DNA from: a virus
Direction: 5' to 3' (one strand)
Length of the DNA stretch: 64,000 nt
Virus record (IMG/VR): IMGVR_UViG_3300005805_000047
Coordinates: 64,001 to 128,000 of that record
Shown: piece by piece, positions 49,156-60,368 of the stretch
How the letters are laid out: every line of letters starts with the position of its first letter
How positions within the stretch are numbered: position 1 is the stretch's first letter
Program-made: the position numbers and the translations under genes
The notes under the pieces: generated by a model
Database searches by the model: none
The model's input: the letters and a program-made list of their open reading frames with translations, nothing else
What the model was told of the DNA's origin: nothing

Positions 49156-49458
49156 TTAGTCAATACTCACTTCATAGGCATCGTCAGTCCACGGAATAGT
49201 TCCAATGAAGTACCCGATTCGATTGACGAGATGATACCCGTTCGTAATCAATGGTCCGTTATCGCCATCAATGTACGTCCATACGAGGCGTTCATCTTCT
49301 AGAACTACGCTTCGCACGTACTCGAGTTCCGGACCGTATGTCTCAAACATGATGCCACCTTCGCCATCATCGAATGAAGCATTGTCGTCAAGATGATTGA
49401 CTTTGGGTTTGAATGTCTCAGACCACTGATCGACCGTGAGTTTCTGTAGTTTCAGCAC
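49156..49458 (-). CDS. conserved phage protein (MFETYG...VWT...VNRIGY)
   Basis: GGAGGT RBS. Confidence 0.65.
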   Translation of the reverse strand: MLKLQKLTVDQWSETFKPKVNHLDDNASFDDGEGGIMFETYGPELEYVRSVVLEDERLVWTYIDGDNGPLITNGYHLVNRIGYFIGTIPWTDDAYEVSID

Positions 49459-49467
49459 ACCTACCTC

Positions 49468-50016
49468 CTACCTAGAACCTACTGGTACTTCATTCTTTGG
49501 CGCAACTGCCCACTTATAGCGAGTCTTCCAGTCGCGAGGCAGGCGAACTCCGTTCATTCTCGGCGTATAGAACTTGAAGCCGCCCTTATAGACGAGCTCT
49601 CGTTCAACTAAGCCGTTAGTGAACTCAATAGGAGTCTCAAAAAGCACTCGATCTCCTACTGCGAGCTTGGGCTTTGACTTCTTTGAGGCATGATGCTCTC
49701 GTACCTTGTCTCGCCATGCCAGTGCATACTCGCTGTCGGTAGGCGAGAGTCTGTCGAGCCAAGCGAGAGGGTAGTCGTAATAACACGGCCCCTCAGTCTC
49801 ATCCATGATTTTCGTAAGCACTTCAGTGCCCCGGTAGCCAGCACTGCGTCTTTTGACGAGTGCGACTGCTGCGAAGACAATGCCAGTCTTGGCATTTTCT
49901 ACCAGCCACCACTTCGCACCACGGTTAGCGAGCACTCGGTTATACCCACCTGACTCGATCTCGGCACGAACGAGTGACTCGGCACTCTCATTTGTGAACG
50001 TTCCGGTCCATCCCAT
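49468..50016 (-). CDS. DUF6927-like protein
   Basis: MGW start; K.MDETEGP.YYD.P...LD.L.P....A..WR. Confidence 0.65.
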   Translation of the reverse strand: MGWTGTFTNESAESLVRAEIESGGYNRVLANRGAKWWLVENAKTGIVFAAVALVKRRSAGYRGTEVLTKIMDETEGPCYYDYPLAWLDRLSPTDSEYALAWRDKVREHHASKKSKPKLAVGDRVLFETPIEFTNGLVERELVYKGGFKFYTPRMNGVRLPRDWKTRYKWAVAPKNEVPVGSR

Positions 50017-50482
50017 GACTAAGCCTCCACCTCAATAGGTGAATTCATGAACTCGTAGTGATCCACCAGTGATGCCGTGAGTATCGCAGTCCACTCACGG
50101 ATGGTAAAAGCATCATCTTCGAGTGTGCCGTCCTGCAGCAGGTTGATTACCAGTTCCTTACTGAACTTATCGGTTGATAATGACATTGCTTACCTCCTAT
50201 TGGGTAACTTATCGGCTACTAATCCTTCGGCGCACCTCACAAGGCAAGGATCGTTTCGCCGTACTCGCCATCAAGATTCAGTCCTTTGGCAACGAAAATT
50301 TGCGTGTTCTTGCCACGTTCCTGCTTGGCCCACTCTTGGCAGACTGCAGTTGCCTCATCGAGGGTTGAGTAGATCTCTACCCACTCGTCGCAATACCCCG
50401 TGTCTTGTCCATCGCGAGGATAGTCACTCCATACTGCGGCAAATAGTTCGTGCTGTTTCAGCATTGTGTCTCCTTTGATCGG

Positions 50483-51184
50483 TTACTCAGACATTACGAC
50501 ATCAGCATTTGCCGACGCATTGCCCTTTGGGCAGTCCTCGTAGAGATAGTCCACCTCGGCGTAACTGCAGCGTATGCACTCTTGGCCAATGTCCTCCCAT
50601 TCCCGATGCGATTCCGGTATGTCCCATGAACGAGTTTCTTCGAGTTCGCCATCTTTGCCCTCGTAGACGACTCCCCATCCCTGCTCCTCGGTGCAATGAA
50701 ACTCAAACTCCAAGTCCGGGTGCTGTGCGACCATTGCCCTAAATGCTCCCTCTGCCGGCGACCATGCCGTTGAGAAACTGTAAGTGATCGCACCAGCGGC
50801 TTCATCAGCGAACAGGCCAACCATGCAAGTCACATCGCAAGCATCCCACTTCGTACCCCAGTTGCGAACATTCCAGTCATACCAGTGATCACCTTTGAAC
50901 TGCAATGCCTCAACCATGCGTTCATCAAATGTCATTGTCTCATGGTTATCTGGCTTCTTCTCTGGGCCGAAGTAAGCATCGAGATCGGTTGGTGCGATGA
51001 AGTTCCAGAATGATAGATCGGACTTATGCTCCACGACATCAATGGCATCGGGGTCATACCCTTTGCCCTCAATGAAAACTCCCCTGTGCTTACTTGTGTA
51101 GGGCTTAGCAGCCTTTGCTCGGAACTTCTCAAGCGATGACTTCGAGCCAGAGACTGTTGCAGTTGTGTAGACCCAATTAGGCAC
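50483..51184 (-). CDS. DUF1281/YubB ferredoxin-like domain protein
   Basis: MPNW, WYDWN..NWGTKWDA, FSTAWSP. Confidence 0.75.
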   Translation of the reverse strand: MPNWVYTTATVSGSKSSLEKFRAKAAKPYTSKHRGVFIEGKGYDPDAIDVVEHKSDLSFWNFIAPTDLDAYFGPEKKPDNHETMTFDERMVEALQFKGDHWYDWNVRNWGTKWDACDVTCMVGLFADEAAGAITYSFSTAWSPAEGAFRAMVAQHPDLEFEFHCTEEQGWGVVYEGKDGELEETRSWDIPESHREWEDIGQECIRCSYAEVDYLYEDCPKGNASANADVVMSE

Positions 51185-51426
51185 TGTATTCCTCCTCGTA
51201 CTTCTCTTGATTCATCACAATAAACAAGTGATCGTTATCGCTGTTACTGAGAATCCAGTCAGCGCAACCCTTTCGAGTGCCGACGAAAACTACCTCTGGG
51301 TCTGTATCAAACCCATTGAAGCCCCACCTAGTGGCAGTGTCTTCTATTACTACGTATGTGTAGCATCGCTCTGATAAGGACATCCGAACCTCCTTCGTTC
51401 GTTAGTACTTTTACCTTACGAATGTG

Positions 51427-51900
51427 TCATCCTTCAGCGCGTCTATCATCGGCAGGATTGCGAGCTTCCCATTTGCCGCGCTCGCGCGACTTGAAGTATC
51501 CAGTTGCCTTTGCCCATGTAGAGATCGTGTGGGCCGATAAGCCCGACTCATCCACCAGTTCCTTCATCGTGAACTCTTTGTAGGTGTTTGCCTTCGAGAA
51601 GGAAATGAGCTTCGCGTACTTGTCTTTTCTCTTCTCTGGGCGCGAGTCAGCCTTCTTCTCGCCGGCGAACTTCGTGACCATAGTCGGCCATACGTTGTAG
51701 AAGGCGAGTACCGATCTCAGTGAGTCTGTTGATCCATCCCAAGCGATGGCGAGACAATGAAGGGCTCGAATCTCTTCGCCGATCTCTGAGGCGACTTCTG
51801 CCGGGACCTTGAAGGCAGTCCCATACTCGGCTATGGCCGCATCCCACAGTTCTCGGTTGCGACGTTCTATCTGTGCTTCGGTTGGCTTTTTCAGTTCCAT
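51427..51900 (-). CDS. hypothetical protein with C-terminal HTH-like segment
   Basis: FTMKELVDESGLSAHTISTW. Confidence 0.55.
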   Translation of the reverse strand: MELKKPTEAQIERRNRELWDAAIAEYGTAFKVPAEVASEIGEEIRALHCLAIAWDGSTDSLRSVLAFYNVWPTMVTKFAGEKKADSRPEKRKDKYAKLISFSKANTYKEFTMKELVDESGLSAHTISTWAKATGYFKSRERGKWEARNPADDRRAEG

Positions 51901-52138
51901 CCCAATCAAGATAGTGCATCCACCTCTTCTGGCGCGTCAGTATTCACGTATGTCGTGACGAAGTGCCCGGTGTTGAGTTCAAACTTCCTAACTGTCGTTG
52001 AGTATTCAGAGCGCTTCGAGTAAATGTCTTTTGCCGGTGGCTCTTCGATTTGGGCAATAACGGCAGCGACAAGCGCATCGCGCTCAGTTTGATCCAACAT
52101 CTTGTCGGTCACGAACTCAACACTGATGATGTATTTGC

Positions 52139-52453
52139 TCATACTTTGACCGTTGTTTCTACTAGGTCAATGAGTGCGCCAACGAGTTGTTCGTTGTCCG
52201 TGACCTCGTGCGAATTGAGTGAACGAATGTGAGTGTTGAAGTATTGACCAGCACTGTCGGCGAACATCAGACCGACATAGGTCGAAGTCTTGACGACTGG
52301 GTAGAAGTAGGTTCGCCCCGAAGTGAAGCGAATGAAAAGGTCTCCCTGTTCGTGATCGGAGGACTCATGGACGCAGAATACTGCTGACTCGAGTGCCTCG
52401 CTCTCAAACTTGGTGAGTATGTATGGCTTTGTGGTGTAGTGGTGGTGTCTCAT
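52139..52453 (-). CDS. KTSC domain protein
   Basis: LFIRFTSGRTY.Y..V....Y..L..ADSAGQYFN..IR; ATG 35 nt after motif 52488. Confidence 0.75.
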   Translation of the reverse strand: MRHHHYTTKPYILTKFESEALESAVFCVHESSDHEQGDLFIRFTSGRTYFYPVVKTSTYVGLMFADSAGQYFNTHIRSLNSHEVTDNEQLVGALIDLVETTVKV

Positions 52454-52530
52454 ACCAATAACAATAAGTGGATCGAATCCTTCGGCGCGTCGTGGTGCGC
52501 TCAAAGATGGTGGGCCTCTATGGTGAAGGT

Positions 52531-52800
52531 ATGAGAACATATGAACACATAACAGAAGAGACAGAAGGTTGTTGGGTATGCCGTTGTGGCAACACCCCGG
52601 AACATGACGGCTTCCATACGTCATCTAGCGAAGGACTCGCTCAATCGCCCTACATCGAGGGACCTTGGGACGATATCCACTGGCTCTGTGGTCGCTGCTT
52701 TCGAATTATTGACGGAAACACCCTTGAAGTAAAAGGTGTTGCAAGTGAGGCAAATGCCTTTGAGAGCGTCAAGCTTTGGCGCGAGAACCTCGACTGGTAA
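52531..52800 (+). CDS. small Cys-containing protein (leaderless)
   Basis: WVCRCGN...CGRC; ATG 34 nt after motif. Confidence 0.65.
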   Translation: MRTYEHITEETEGCWVCRCGNTPEHDGFHTSSSEGLAQSPYIEGPWDDIHWLCGRCFRIIDGNTLEVKGVASEANAFESVKLWRENLDW

Positions 52801-53050
52801 TAGGGCCTAGAACAAGTTGCCCTGAGAATCGTCTACGGGTTTGTAGTCGACGCACACCTTATGGGCGAAGCGCCACGTGCGCTCAGTCTGTTTGACGAAC
52901 TTGCTCTTTATCACCCAGCCGGTGACAAGTTCTGCCGTTGATTCACCCTTTGGATCGACGGCGTGATCGCAGAATACACATTTGTATTGCTCGTACATTC
53001 CTGTCATCTTAGCAACGCGCTGACGGATGGGTGTTCCATACACTGTTCTT

Positions 53051-53296
53051 ATGACCAACACCATGAGAACCACTGCTGGGAACCTTCGCGCCGGCGACAA
53101 GGTAGTCATCAATAACCAAGTTATGACCGTAAAATTTGTTTCGTTCACACAGGCCCGTGTCGATAAGCGAGCCATGTCAATGATGATTAGTGGGCGAGAC
53201 TTGCAGCCCGTAGTCAGTGTGGACTTTCTAAATGCTCAAGGGCGGCTTGTTTCGCACGAGTTTGATCAGATGGAATCAATCACCATTCAAGGTTGA
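53051..53296 (+). CDS. hypothetical protein (leaderless)
   Basis: ATG 34 nt after motif 53017. Confidence 0.6.
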   Translation: MTNTMRTTAGNLRAGDKVVINNQVMTVKFVSFTQARVDKRAMSMMISGRDLQPVVSVDFLNAQGRLVSHEFDQMESITIQG

Positions 53297-53332
53297 TGAC
53301 CACCACCTTGTCGAAGAAGTCATTTACGCCTA

Positions 53333-54244
53333 TCACAGTCCTACTGAGTTTACCCCGTACTCTGCTTGCGACTGAGTGAATCCCTCAAAGATGAGTTGAG
53401 AGATGAGTCCAGATCGAGAAAACGACATTGACTTCAGGTAACTCGTAGCGACTCTTGATGCTTGAGCATTCCAATCGGCATTTTGGGCATCAACACCGTA
53501 CGTAGCATCTGCATTTGAGAATCCCTCAAACTCAAGTTGCTTGATTAGTCCAGAACGAGAGAACCCCATAAACCGTAAATAGTCAGATGCGGACTTGACT
53601 GCCTGCGATCTACTATTCGTGACATAAGTAGTAGTTGTAGTTGTTCGGGCAATGGTGGTTGTGGTCGTGGCAATAGTGGTTGTGGTTGCGCCAGGCTGCG
53701 ATGAAACAACCGTGGTTGAGGTTGCCACACTGCTATTGGTCGTAGAAAATCCGTAAAGAATCCAACCGGACTCCGAGAACACCCCTATCCCATGAGCATT
53801 TGTGGCCGCAACCCTGAACCGAAACGAGTTATTGGCAGGGTTGGCATCGGTCACATTTAGCGAATACTGATTGGGTGGTACATCAGCTATAAAAGTCCAC
53901 GGCGTATTAACCATCATGTACTCGACTCTGTATCCGGTGATGGGACTTGATCCAGCATCGTACGGGAAGCCCCAGTTCACCGAAATACCGATAGATGAAC
54001 CTAGGTAAATTCCGGTAGTGGTTTTATACAGTGCACCCGGAGTTCTTTTGACTGGTGCGGCGACTTGAGATACCCAAATACGTTTACCCTTGACAGTCTT
54101 GCAAACAAGTGGCTTTCTTTGAGTGCCGCTTATTGCTCCAATCTTTGAGCATGACTTATTAATGCTTGCCTGAGCCGGCGCGCCCATCACCATGACAAGC
54201 ACCAAGACAGCCAATCCAGCGGCAAGTTTTTTCACAATAGACAT
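53333..54244 (-). CDS. secreted FN3 protein with two Ltp-type repeats
   Basis: Signal peptide; GSSPITGYRV...FRVAATN..G.G; A..YL..M.FSRSGLI.QL.FEGF twice. Confidence 0.8.
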   Translation of the reverse strand: MSIVKKLAAGLAVLVLVMVMGAPAQASINKSCSKIGAISGTQRKPLVCKTVKGKRIWVSQVAAPVKRTPGALYKTTTGIYLGSSIGISVNWGFPYDAGSSPITGYRVEYMMVNTPWTFIADVPPNQYSLNVTDANPANNSFRFRVAATNAHGIGVFSESGWILYGFSTTNSSVATSTTVVSSQPGATTTTIATTTTTIARTTTTTTYVTNSRSQAVKSASDYLRFMGFSRSGLIKQLEFEGFSNADATYGVDAQNADWNAQASRVATSYLKSMSFSRSGLISQLIFEGFTQSQAEYGVNSVGL

Positions 54245-54451
54245 GATAACTAGTTTTTTGGTGCTTCTGAATTCACGATTCCACGTATGTCGAGCAGTAT
54301 GTCCTGCATTTCTATTGCCGACACGAGCTCTCGCTTTGAGATCAACGACAGGGCATTGTCCACGAGTGTAAGTATCTGGAGTTTGTAGAACTCAACATCT
54401 ACTTCTTCCTGAGAAGTTGCTGCGACTGCATCTTTGGTCATGTCCACCATT

Positions 54452-54724
54452 TTACTTGTAGAACTCATCTTTCAGTTCTCGTGCGAATGAGAGAGCGTCG
54501 TCAGCAGTGTTCTTGTATCCATCCAACTGCGACTTTGCGAACTTGAATGCAACCCAGCCACCGAGAATGACGAGGGCAAGGAAAATTCGACCCCAACCAA
54601 TGAAGCCCAACACCTTGAACACAGCACCGAAAATAATGCTAGGTGCGAACATTACAACGATGACTGCCGTTGCTACAGGGTGAGACTTTGCCCACTGAAT
54701 GATATTGCTCATGGTGTTTTTCAT
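54452..54724 (-). CDS. small membrane protein (leaderless)
   Basis: ATG 34 nt after motif 54758. Confidence 0.65.
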   Translation of the reverse strand: MKNTMSNIIQWAKSHPVATAVIVVMFAPSIIFGAVFKVLGFIGWGRIFLALVILGGWVAFKFAKSQLDGYKNTADDALSFARELKDEFYK

Positions 54725-54761
54725 ACTCCAAACTTAGAGGGACATCATTCGTCGGCGCATT

Positions 54762-55088
54762 TCACTTCTCGCAAGCCTCGTAAACGTATTCATTGCCATC
54801 TTCTGCGACGGTAAGAGAGAGATCGCACTTGTCTGACGAGGGCAGATAGATGAACTGTCCCGGCATGAGTGTCGGGCCATAGAACTTGACTACGTCGCTT
54901 GCGGCATTCTCGATATTGCCTTCACAATACTTCTCGAGATAGCCCCAATAGGTATCACCCGACTCCACCCTGATTGCTTCGCTTTGACACCTGTATGCCT
55001 CGCCATTGGCATAACCCCTGATCACAAGCGACAGCAATAAACCAACTGCCACTCCGATAAGTACGTAAATGAACTTCCTGTTTCTCAT
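54762..55088 (-). CDS. membrane-anchored LysM-like protein
   Basis: TM segment then VESGDTYW...LMPGQFIYLP. Confidence 0.65.
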   Translation of the reverse strand: MRNRKFIYVLIGVAVGLLLSLVIRGYANGEAYRCQSEAIRVESGDTYWGYLEKYCEGNIENAASDVVKFYGPTLMPGQFIYLPSSDKCDLSLTVAEDGNEYVYEACEK

Positions 55089-55548
55089 AACCCTCCTGCT
55101 TGGTAGTACGGTTGCGAACGGAGAAGTTTGAGGAGGCTGTTCGCCATACCCCAATTCATCTCATAACGGTAGTTTGAGTAGTCGCGAGCGATACTCAGCA
55201 TTGCTGCCGAAACGCGTGAGCAGTCGCGCGAAGCCATGAGCCGGCCAACCTCTCGTCGCATTTCGTCTTGTGTCATACCTCTACCGTACAGAGACATAAT
55301 CCTCTAACGCATCGGTCTCTTCCGGGATCGTCGAGCAGAAAATGTAGACATTTTCATCTGGGTCAAGAGAAGTAACTTCCAGATACGAGACGGTTCCGTC
55401 TCCGGCGACACCGTGTTTTTTTGAGAGCTGCACAGACCACGAAACGGCATCTTCGAGTTTGTGAAACTCGTTTTTCATTACCGTGACGAGCTTCTCGTTG
55501 CCATGATCGTACGTTCCGACCACCAGGTATTTGGGATCTGTCATTGGC

Positions 55549-55779
55549 TTACTTGACACCCATTCGCTGCTCAAAGCGTTTTGCCCAATCGCCGTTAGGC
55601 CCGAACTCTGCCATGATTTCTCGGTAGCCCATTGCCACGAGAGCGAATACATGGAAAGCGAGGATTCCAAGTGCCCACACCCATGCCAGCAAAAGGCTTT
55701 CGATAATTGACACCCCGACACCGATGGCGAGCGAACTCGCTATTGACGAAGTGATTGCGTATTTGATGTATTTGTTCAT
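55549..55779 (-). CDS. small membrane protein (leaderless)
   Basis: ATG 34 nt after motif 55813. Confidence 0.65.
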   Translation of the reverse strand: MNKYIKYAITSSIASSLAIGVGVSIIESLLLAWVWALGILAFHVFALVAMGYREIMAEFGPNGDWAKRFEQRMGVK

Positions 55780-55815
55780 GTGTTCAGTATGCCCTTTCGT
55801 CATTTGTCGGCGCAC

Positions 55816-56241
55816 TTAGGCATTGACCTTGTTGATAATCGGAACAATTGAGTCAGCAAATACGTAGTCCTTGCCGTCGGACTTACCTTTTGCGACAATC
55901 TTGTTTTTGCCACGAGAGCGAATACCAGCGAACACATACTCCTTGCCAGCAGAAGTGAACTTCGTGCCGAGTTTCGCTGTGAGTTCAACTCGATCGTCAA
56001 GGCTCTTGCCCAGCCAAGCCGTGTATCCGAATCGCTGATACATAATCGCTTCTGCTGAGTTTAGGTTTACACCATTCTCATCAAGCTGCTGGCTCACGGC
56101 AGTAATGCTCAACCCATATGAGTCGCCATACTTTGAGTTGAACTTTGTTGCCTTCAAGCCATGCTTTTCGAGGATCGGCAAAATGGCTTCCTGTATCTCT
56201 TTGGATACCTTCTGAGTGAGTTCTCTGCTTACTGCTTCCAT
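55816..56241 (-). CDS. hypothetical protein
   Basis: AAGGAGG RBS; motif 56294 upstream. Confidence 0.7.
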   Translation of the reverse strand: MEAVSRELTQKVSKEIQEAILPILEKHGLKATKFNSKYGDSYGLSITAVSQQLDENGVNLNSAEAIMYQRFGYTAWLGKSLDDRVELTAKLGTKFTSAGKEYVFAGIRSRGKNKIVAKGKSDGKDYVFADSIVPIINKVNA

Positions 56242-56295
56242 GTCCCCTCCTTGTGGGTTCACTTCTAGATTATGGTTTCGGAATCCTTTGGCGCG

Positions 56296-56433
56296 TTATT
56301 CGACTTCGGAACAACACGCCTTACAGCAGAGTCCCCAAATCGTTTCGCCGGTGTCGTCTGTCCCTACTTCCATGTACGTGGTGAACGCTTCACAGCAGAG
56401 GGATAGGTCGGTGTCGTTAATCATTTGCTCCAT
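56296..56433 (-). CDS. 45-aa Cys-rich peptide absent from the ORF track (leaderless)
   Basis: MEQMINDTDLSLCCEAF...LCCKACCSEVE; ATG 34 nt after motif 56467. Confidence 0.55.
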   Translation of the reverse strand: MEQMINDTDLSLCCEAFTTYMEVGTDDTGETIWGLCCKACCSEVE

Positions 56434-56511
56434 AACCAAATAGTAGGGGGCAGTCATTCATGGACGCACCCGATCGTGCGCCGAAGGATGAAGGCCCGTC
56501 ATAGTGAAGGT

Positions 56512-56841
56512 ATGACAACAGCACTTGACCACAGTTCATACACAAAGGGCGCACTCGTCACATGGAGGCTTCTCGCTGACAGCGAGGGCACTCGTGGGGC
56601 AAAGGGTGGCCTCAAGCAATACATCGTCAGGGTCGAACTGACCACTGACGGCAAGTTCATCGTGACAAAGCATTGGGGTAAGGCTGACGGTCAACGCCTC
56701 AGCGAACTTGCTTCCTCGCGAGTAGCCACCTACTCCGACTTCCCAAATGCTCGTGCCCGAGCGAACATGGTCGCACGTGAAAAGACCGACGGCAAGTATT
56801 GGACCGACTACCACAACACGGTAGAGTTGGTACCAGCATGA
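56512..56841 (+). CDS. WGR-like domain protein (leaderless)
   Basis: KQY.V...V..HWGK...A..K...KY; ATG 34 nt after motif. Confidence 0.6.
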   Translation: MTTALDHSSYTKGALVTWRLLADSEGTRGAKGGLKQYIVRVELTTDGKFIVTKHWGKADGQRLSELASSRVATYSDFPNARARANMVAREKTDGKYWTDYHNTVELVPA

Positions 56842-57858
56842 GTATCACCCCCGATCAGTGGAAAGAGTTTTGGCTCGATCCGCTGCGGGCCGTAGCCGAT
56901 GGCACAGAGCCACCGAGCGACGACATTGATTCCGGATTGGCAGGATTCACCCTGGACGGGATTGCAGCCACGATGGATATCGACGGCGAACTCGCCAACG
57001 ATTGGGAGTGTGTGGAAATGATTTGGGAACTCATTGAAACGGCACGTCTCGCGTCGTTGAAACTTGAACGCGCCGAAGGATGACGGTCAGGCAAACTTTT
57101 CTTATGCGAAACACACTCAAACAAGTAACCGTTACATTCGCCATTCCCGGAGATTGGGACGCCGAAGACTTCATCATGGAGTTGGCAGGCGCATATGACG
57201 ATGCCAATCGAGAAGCAGCAGAACAAGTGGAATACACCGTGGACAGCGTCTTGACCGTGGATGTCAAACAATGAACCTCAAGGACGCCACAAACATTCCA
57301 GAACTTACTCGTCGCTCGAAGCTCGTGTGGGCTGACGTATGCGAGTTCCACTACGACCATTCAGCAATGGATAGCGGCTCGTGCCGGGAGTGTGCAGACG
57401 ATTTACACGAGGCAGAGATCTGGGCAAGGCCCTAGAATGAAAACCATCAACTCAAACCCGAGGAGGGCGAAATGAATACCATAAAGAGAGCCGTCTACCA
57501 TTGTTTATGGGCATTGTCCGTGTGGGCAGATGCCAAGTCGATGGAGATACTTGTTGACCTGAGCGCCAACGATCCGATGTACATCGATGGCAGATACAAG
57601 AACGAAATGACGACGCGGCTTGTCGCAGGCCACTCGCGTGGATTTACCCAACAATGAAAGTCGAATGCATCGTTTCGCGTCTCGTAATTGTTGATGTCCC
57701 GGAAGGGTCGGGAGATGCAGTTATTGAGGCAACGGCCAAGAATGAATTCTTTGGCCAAGTCACCGATCTGAACCCAGAGAAGCTTGACGTCGAGATAATT
57801 GACTGGCTTGACGAGGTCTAAACTGCGCCCACGAATGATGCCTTGTTAAGGTTTCGGT

Positions 57859-58218
57859 ATGGGAACAAACAGAGTTGACACCAACGGCTACTTCATCCCC
57901 GTCACGGGCGACATTCGCAAGCACGAGCAGGATCGCATGACAGAAGTCGGCGAACTTATCGGTGCTCGAACTGGCTTCTTTGACATCGTCTACGGCGAGA
58001 TTGACGGCAAGGTTTTCCTCCTTTGGGTGGACGACACTGGCCTTATTGACGGACGACCAATCAACCCGTTGGCAAGCATGATCGCAGGACGCCCCCTGTT
58101 CGGCGATGTGTTTGTCACGGGCAACGAAGATGAGGATGGTTGGGTTCAGGATCTGGACTACGAGTCCTTTGATAAGTGGTTCGCAGATCGCCTTTACATG
58201 GCCCTAACCAGCGACTAG
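57859..58218 (+). CDS. DUF3846-like protein (leaderless)
   Basis: WVDDTGL...PINPLAS...LFGDVFVTG. Confidence 0.7.
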   Translation: MGTNRVDTNGYFIPVTGDIRKHEQDRMTEVGELIGARTGFFDIVYGEIDGKVFLLWVDDTGLIDGRPINPLASMIAGRPLFGDVFVTGNEDEDGWVQDLDYESFDKWFADRLYMALTSD

Positions 58219-58485
58219 GAGTGCTAATCTCGTCTCGATGCAGCACCCACTAGTCGAGCAGAACTTTCGACCTTTCACTTCACTTCTGGATTCCGGATAC
58301 ACAGTCTTGGTAGAAATTGGAGATCTAGTCCAAGACAAGCAGGTGTGGCCAGAACAAGTACTACGAGTAACCGTTACGTTGCCCGATGGCGACATCAAGT
58401 GGAAAATCTTTCGGGGCGTCAAGTCTCGATCGCAAGCAAACCAGTGGTTGGGTGAAATTACGGCTGGCGCGATTCGAGCGATCTA

Positions 58486-59127
58486 ATGCTCATACTTGAC
58501 TTTTTTGCCGGCACCAAGTCATCAACCCAGGCCTTTCGTGACGCCGGGCATACCGTGATTACATTTGAACTCGACCCGTCGTTTGAGCCAGATCATGCAA
58601 TTGACATCATGGACGTGACCCCAGAATGGATACTCAGCAAATACGGAACCCCAGACTTCATCTGGGCCTCTCCACCATGCACAGCCTTCAGTGTTGCCTC
58701 AATGGGTCATCATTGGGCGACGGGCGGTCTTGATCCGACTCCCAAGACGAAAGCTGCCTCATACAACCAAGAGCTTGTCTGGCAAACCCGGCGAATCATC
58801 GAGAGACTTAGTCCCACTTACGGATTTTTGATCGAGAACCCTCGTGGGATGTTGCGTAAGTTGCCCCCAGTGAAAGGACTTGAACGTCGAACTGTTACGT
58901 ACTGCCAATACGGAGACAGTCGAATGAAGCCGACAGATCTCTGGGGCTGGGTCGCCGGGTGGACTCCCAAGCCGCCATGCAAGAATGGGGATACGTGTCA
59001 TACGCCGGCTCCACGTGGATCAAGAACCGGCACTCAGGGCCTTGCTGGCGCGAAGGAACGATCGAGAGTCCCGTATGGCATTGGTGTCGAGCTTCTGGCT
59101 GCCATTGAGGCGCACATCAAGCTTTAG
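58486..59127 (+). CDS. short cytosine-C5 methyltransferase-like protein
   Basis: LDFFAG, DFIWASPPC, IENP, YCQYG...KPTD.W. Confidence 0.8.
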   Translation: MLILDFFAGTKSSTQAFRDAGHTVITFELDPSFEPDHAIDIMDVTPEWILSKYGTPDFIWASPPCTAFSVASMGHHWATGGLDPTPKTKAASYNQELVWQTRRIIERLSPTYGFLIENPRGMLRKLPPVKGLERRTVTYCQYGDSRMKPTDLWGWVAGWTPKPPCKNGDTCHTPAPRGSRTGTQGLAGAKERSRVPYGIGVELLAAIEAHIKL

Positions 59128-59710
59128 ATGCCGGGCCCCGCAGGTTACTTGTCGAGCATGGTCTTGCGACCAAGAAGGAGGCCTCGAGAGCAAACTCGAA
59201 GCCCGGCACTAACAATCGTACAGTGCCAATAACCCGATGTGGGTGAACCTACTTGTTGGCGAGCCAGAAGAAGAACAGTGTCCCCACCACGACGAATGCG
59301 ACCATCGTCTGGCCCGGACTTAGGCTCATTCTTTGCCCCAACTCACGGGAGTTTTTGATCGCCTTGACGGGTGGCTTTGAATGTACTTCTGCATTGATGG
59401 GTGATCCTTTGATGGCGCAATTCGACCTCTCAACACGGCAAGAAGTACTCGCCACTTATTGGGGCGCATCATTTGGTTGGGTGAAGTAATCACACCGAAA
59501 CCTCGTACGGCACCACCAAGCCCAGCCAAGCATCGGCAATCTGTCGCGCTTGATCTTCGCTGATGCATGGTATTTCACGTCGAATGAAGTCGCTGCTGTC
59601 GCCGGTTGGGCTCTGAAACGTGAGCATGACTGCCCACTCGGTTGGTACGCCGTACTCAATCGTGGGTGAAAACACGACCTCAGCGTGGGCCAATGCCCCC
59701 TTGGGTCGCA

Positions 59711-59962
59711 TTACTTCTTGACCTTGCTTGCCGACTTCATCACATCAACTGGCTTCACTCCGAGTGCGCCACAGATACGAAAGAAGGTGTCCATCGATGG
59801 CGAGAAGTGACCATTCTCGATACGGTTGATTGTCTTGCGATCAATCCCGGACTTGTTGGCCAACTTTTCCTGCGTGAGTTCTCGCTTTAAGCGAAGATTC
59901 ATCAGGTTTGCTGAGACATCCTGAGCGAAACGCTTGGATGCTTTGCTGACTTTGCTTTTCAT
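59711..59962 (-). CDS. XRE-family HTH regulator
   Basis: LTQEKLA..SGI.RKTINRIENG..SPS. Confidence 0.88.
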   Translation of the reverse strand: MKSKVSKASKRFAQDVSANLMNLRLKRELTQEKLANKSGIDRKTINRIENGHFSPSMDTFFRICGALGVKPVDVMKSASKVKK

Positions 59963-60368
59963 TGTTTCTCCTATTTGGTTGTTACTGGGATATCTGACTT
60001 GGTATCAACTATCACCACGTCATCGTATTCTTGCTCTTCGTAGAACCTGGATATGACTCTAGCGGTCTTTAATGTGACGAGCCAATCTGTGACCTCGACG
60101 CCGCCGACCCACACGGTGTATCGCGCGTCGTTTCGCAATCCGTTTTCGTCCATGACCCTCCTATGCCTCAAACTCGTTGAGCATACTAGCACCGATGCCG
60201 GCACTCCACACTTGGGCAGAGACAATCGTTCCCCAAGGCGTTTGCGTCCCCACAAAGGCATTTGCTTTGAGTTCTGCCTCGGCCTCAGTTGCTGCAAGCA
60301 CTATTGAGTTGTTCTCCACACCATCCAAGTCAATGGTGGTGAGTCGAACCTCAAAGTCCATCATTCGG

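Noticed and set aside
59128-59230. Hammerhead or HDV-like ribozyme
   Set aside because: No CUGANGA/GAAA core, and I could not build the HDV nested pseudoknot
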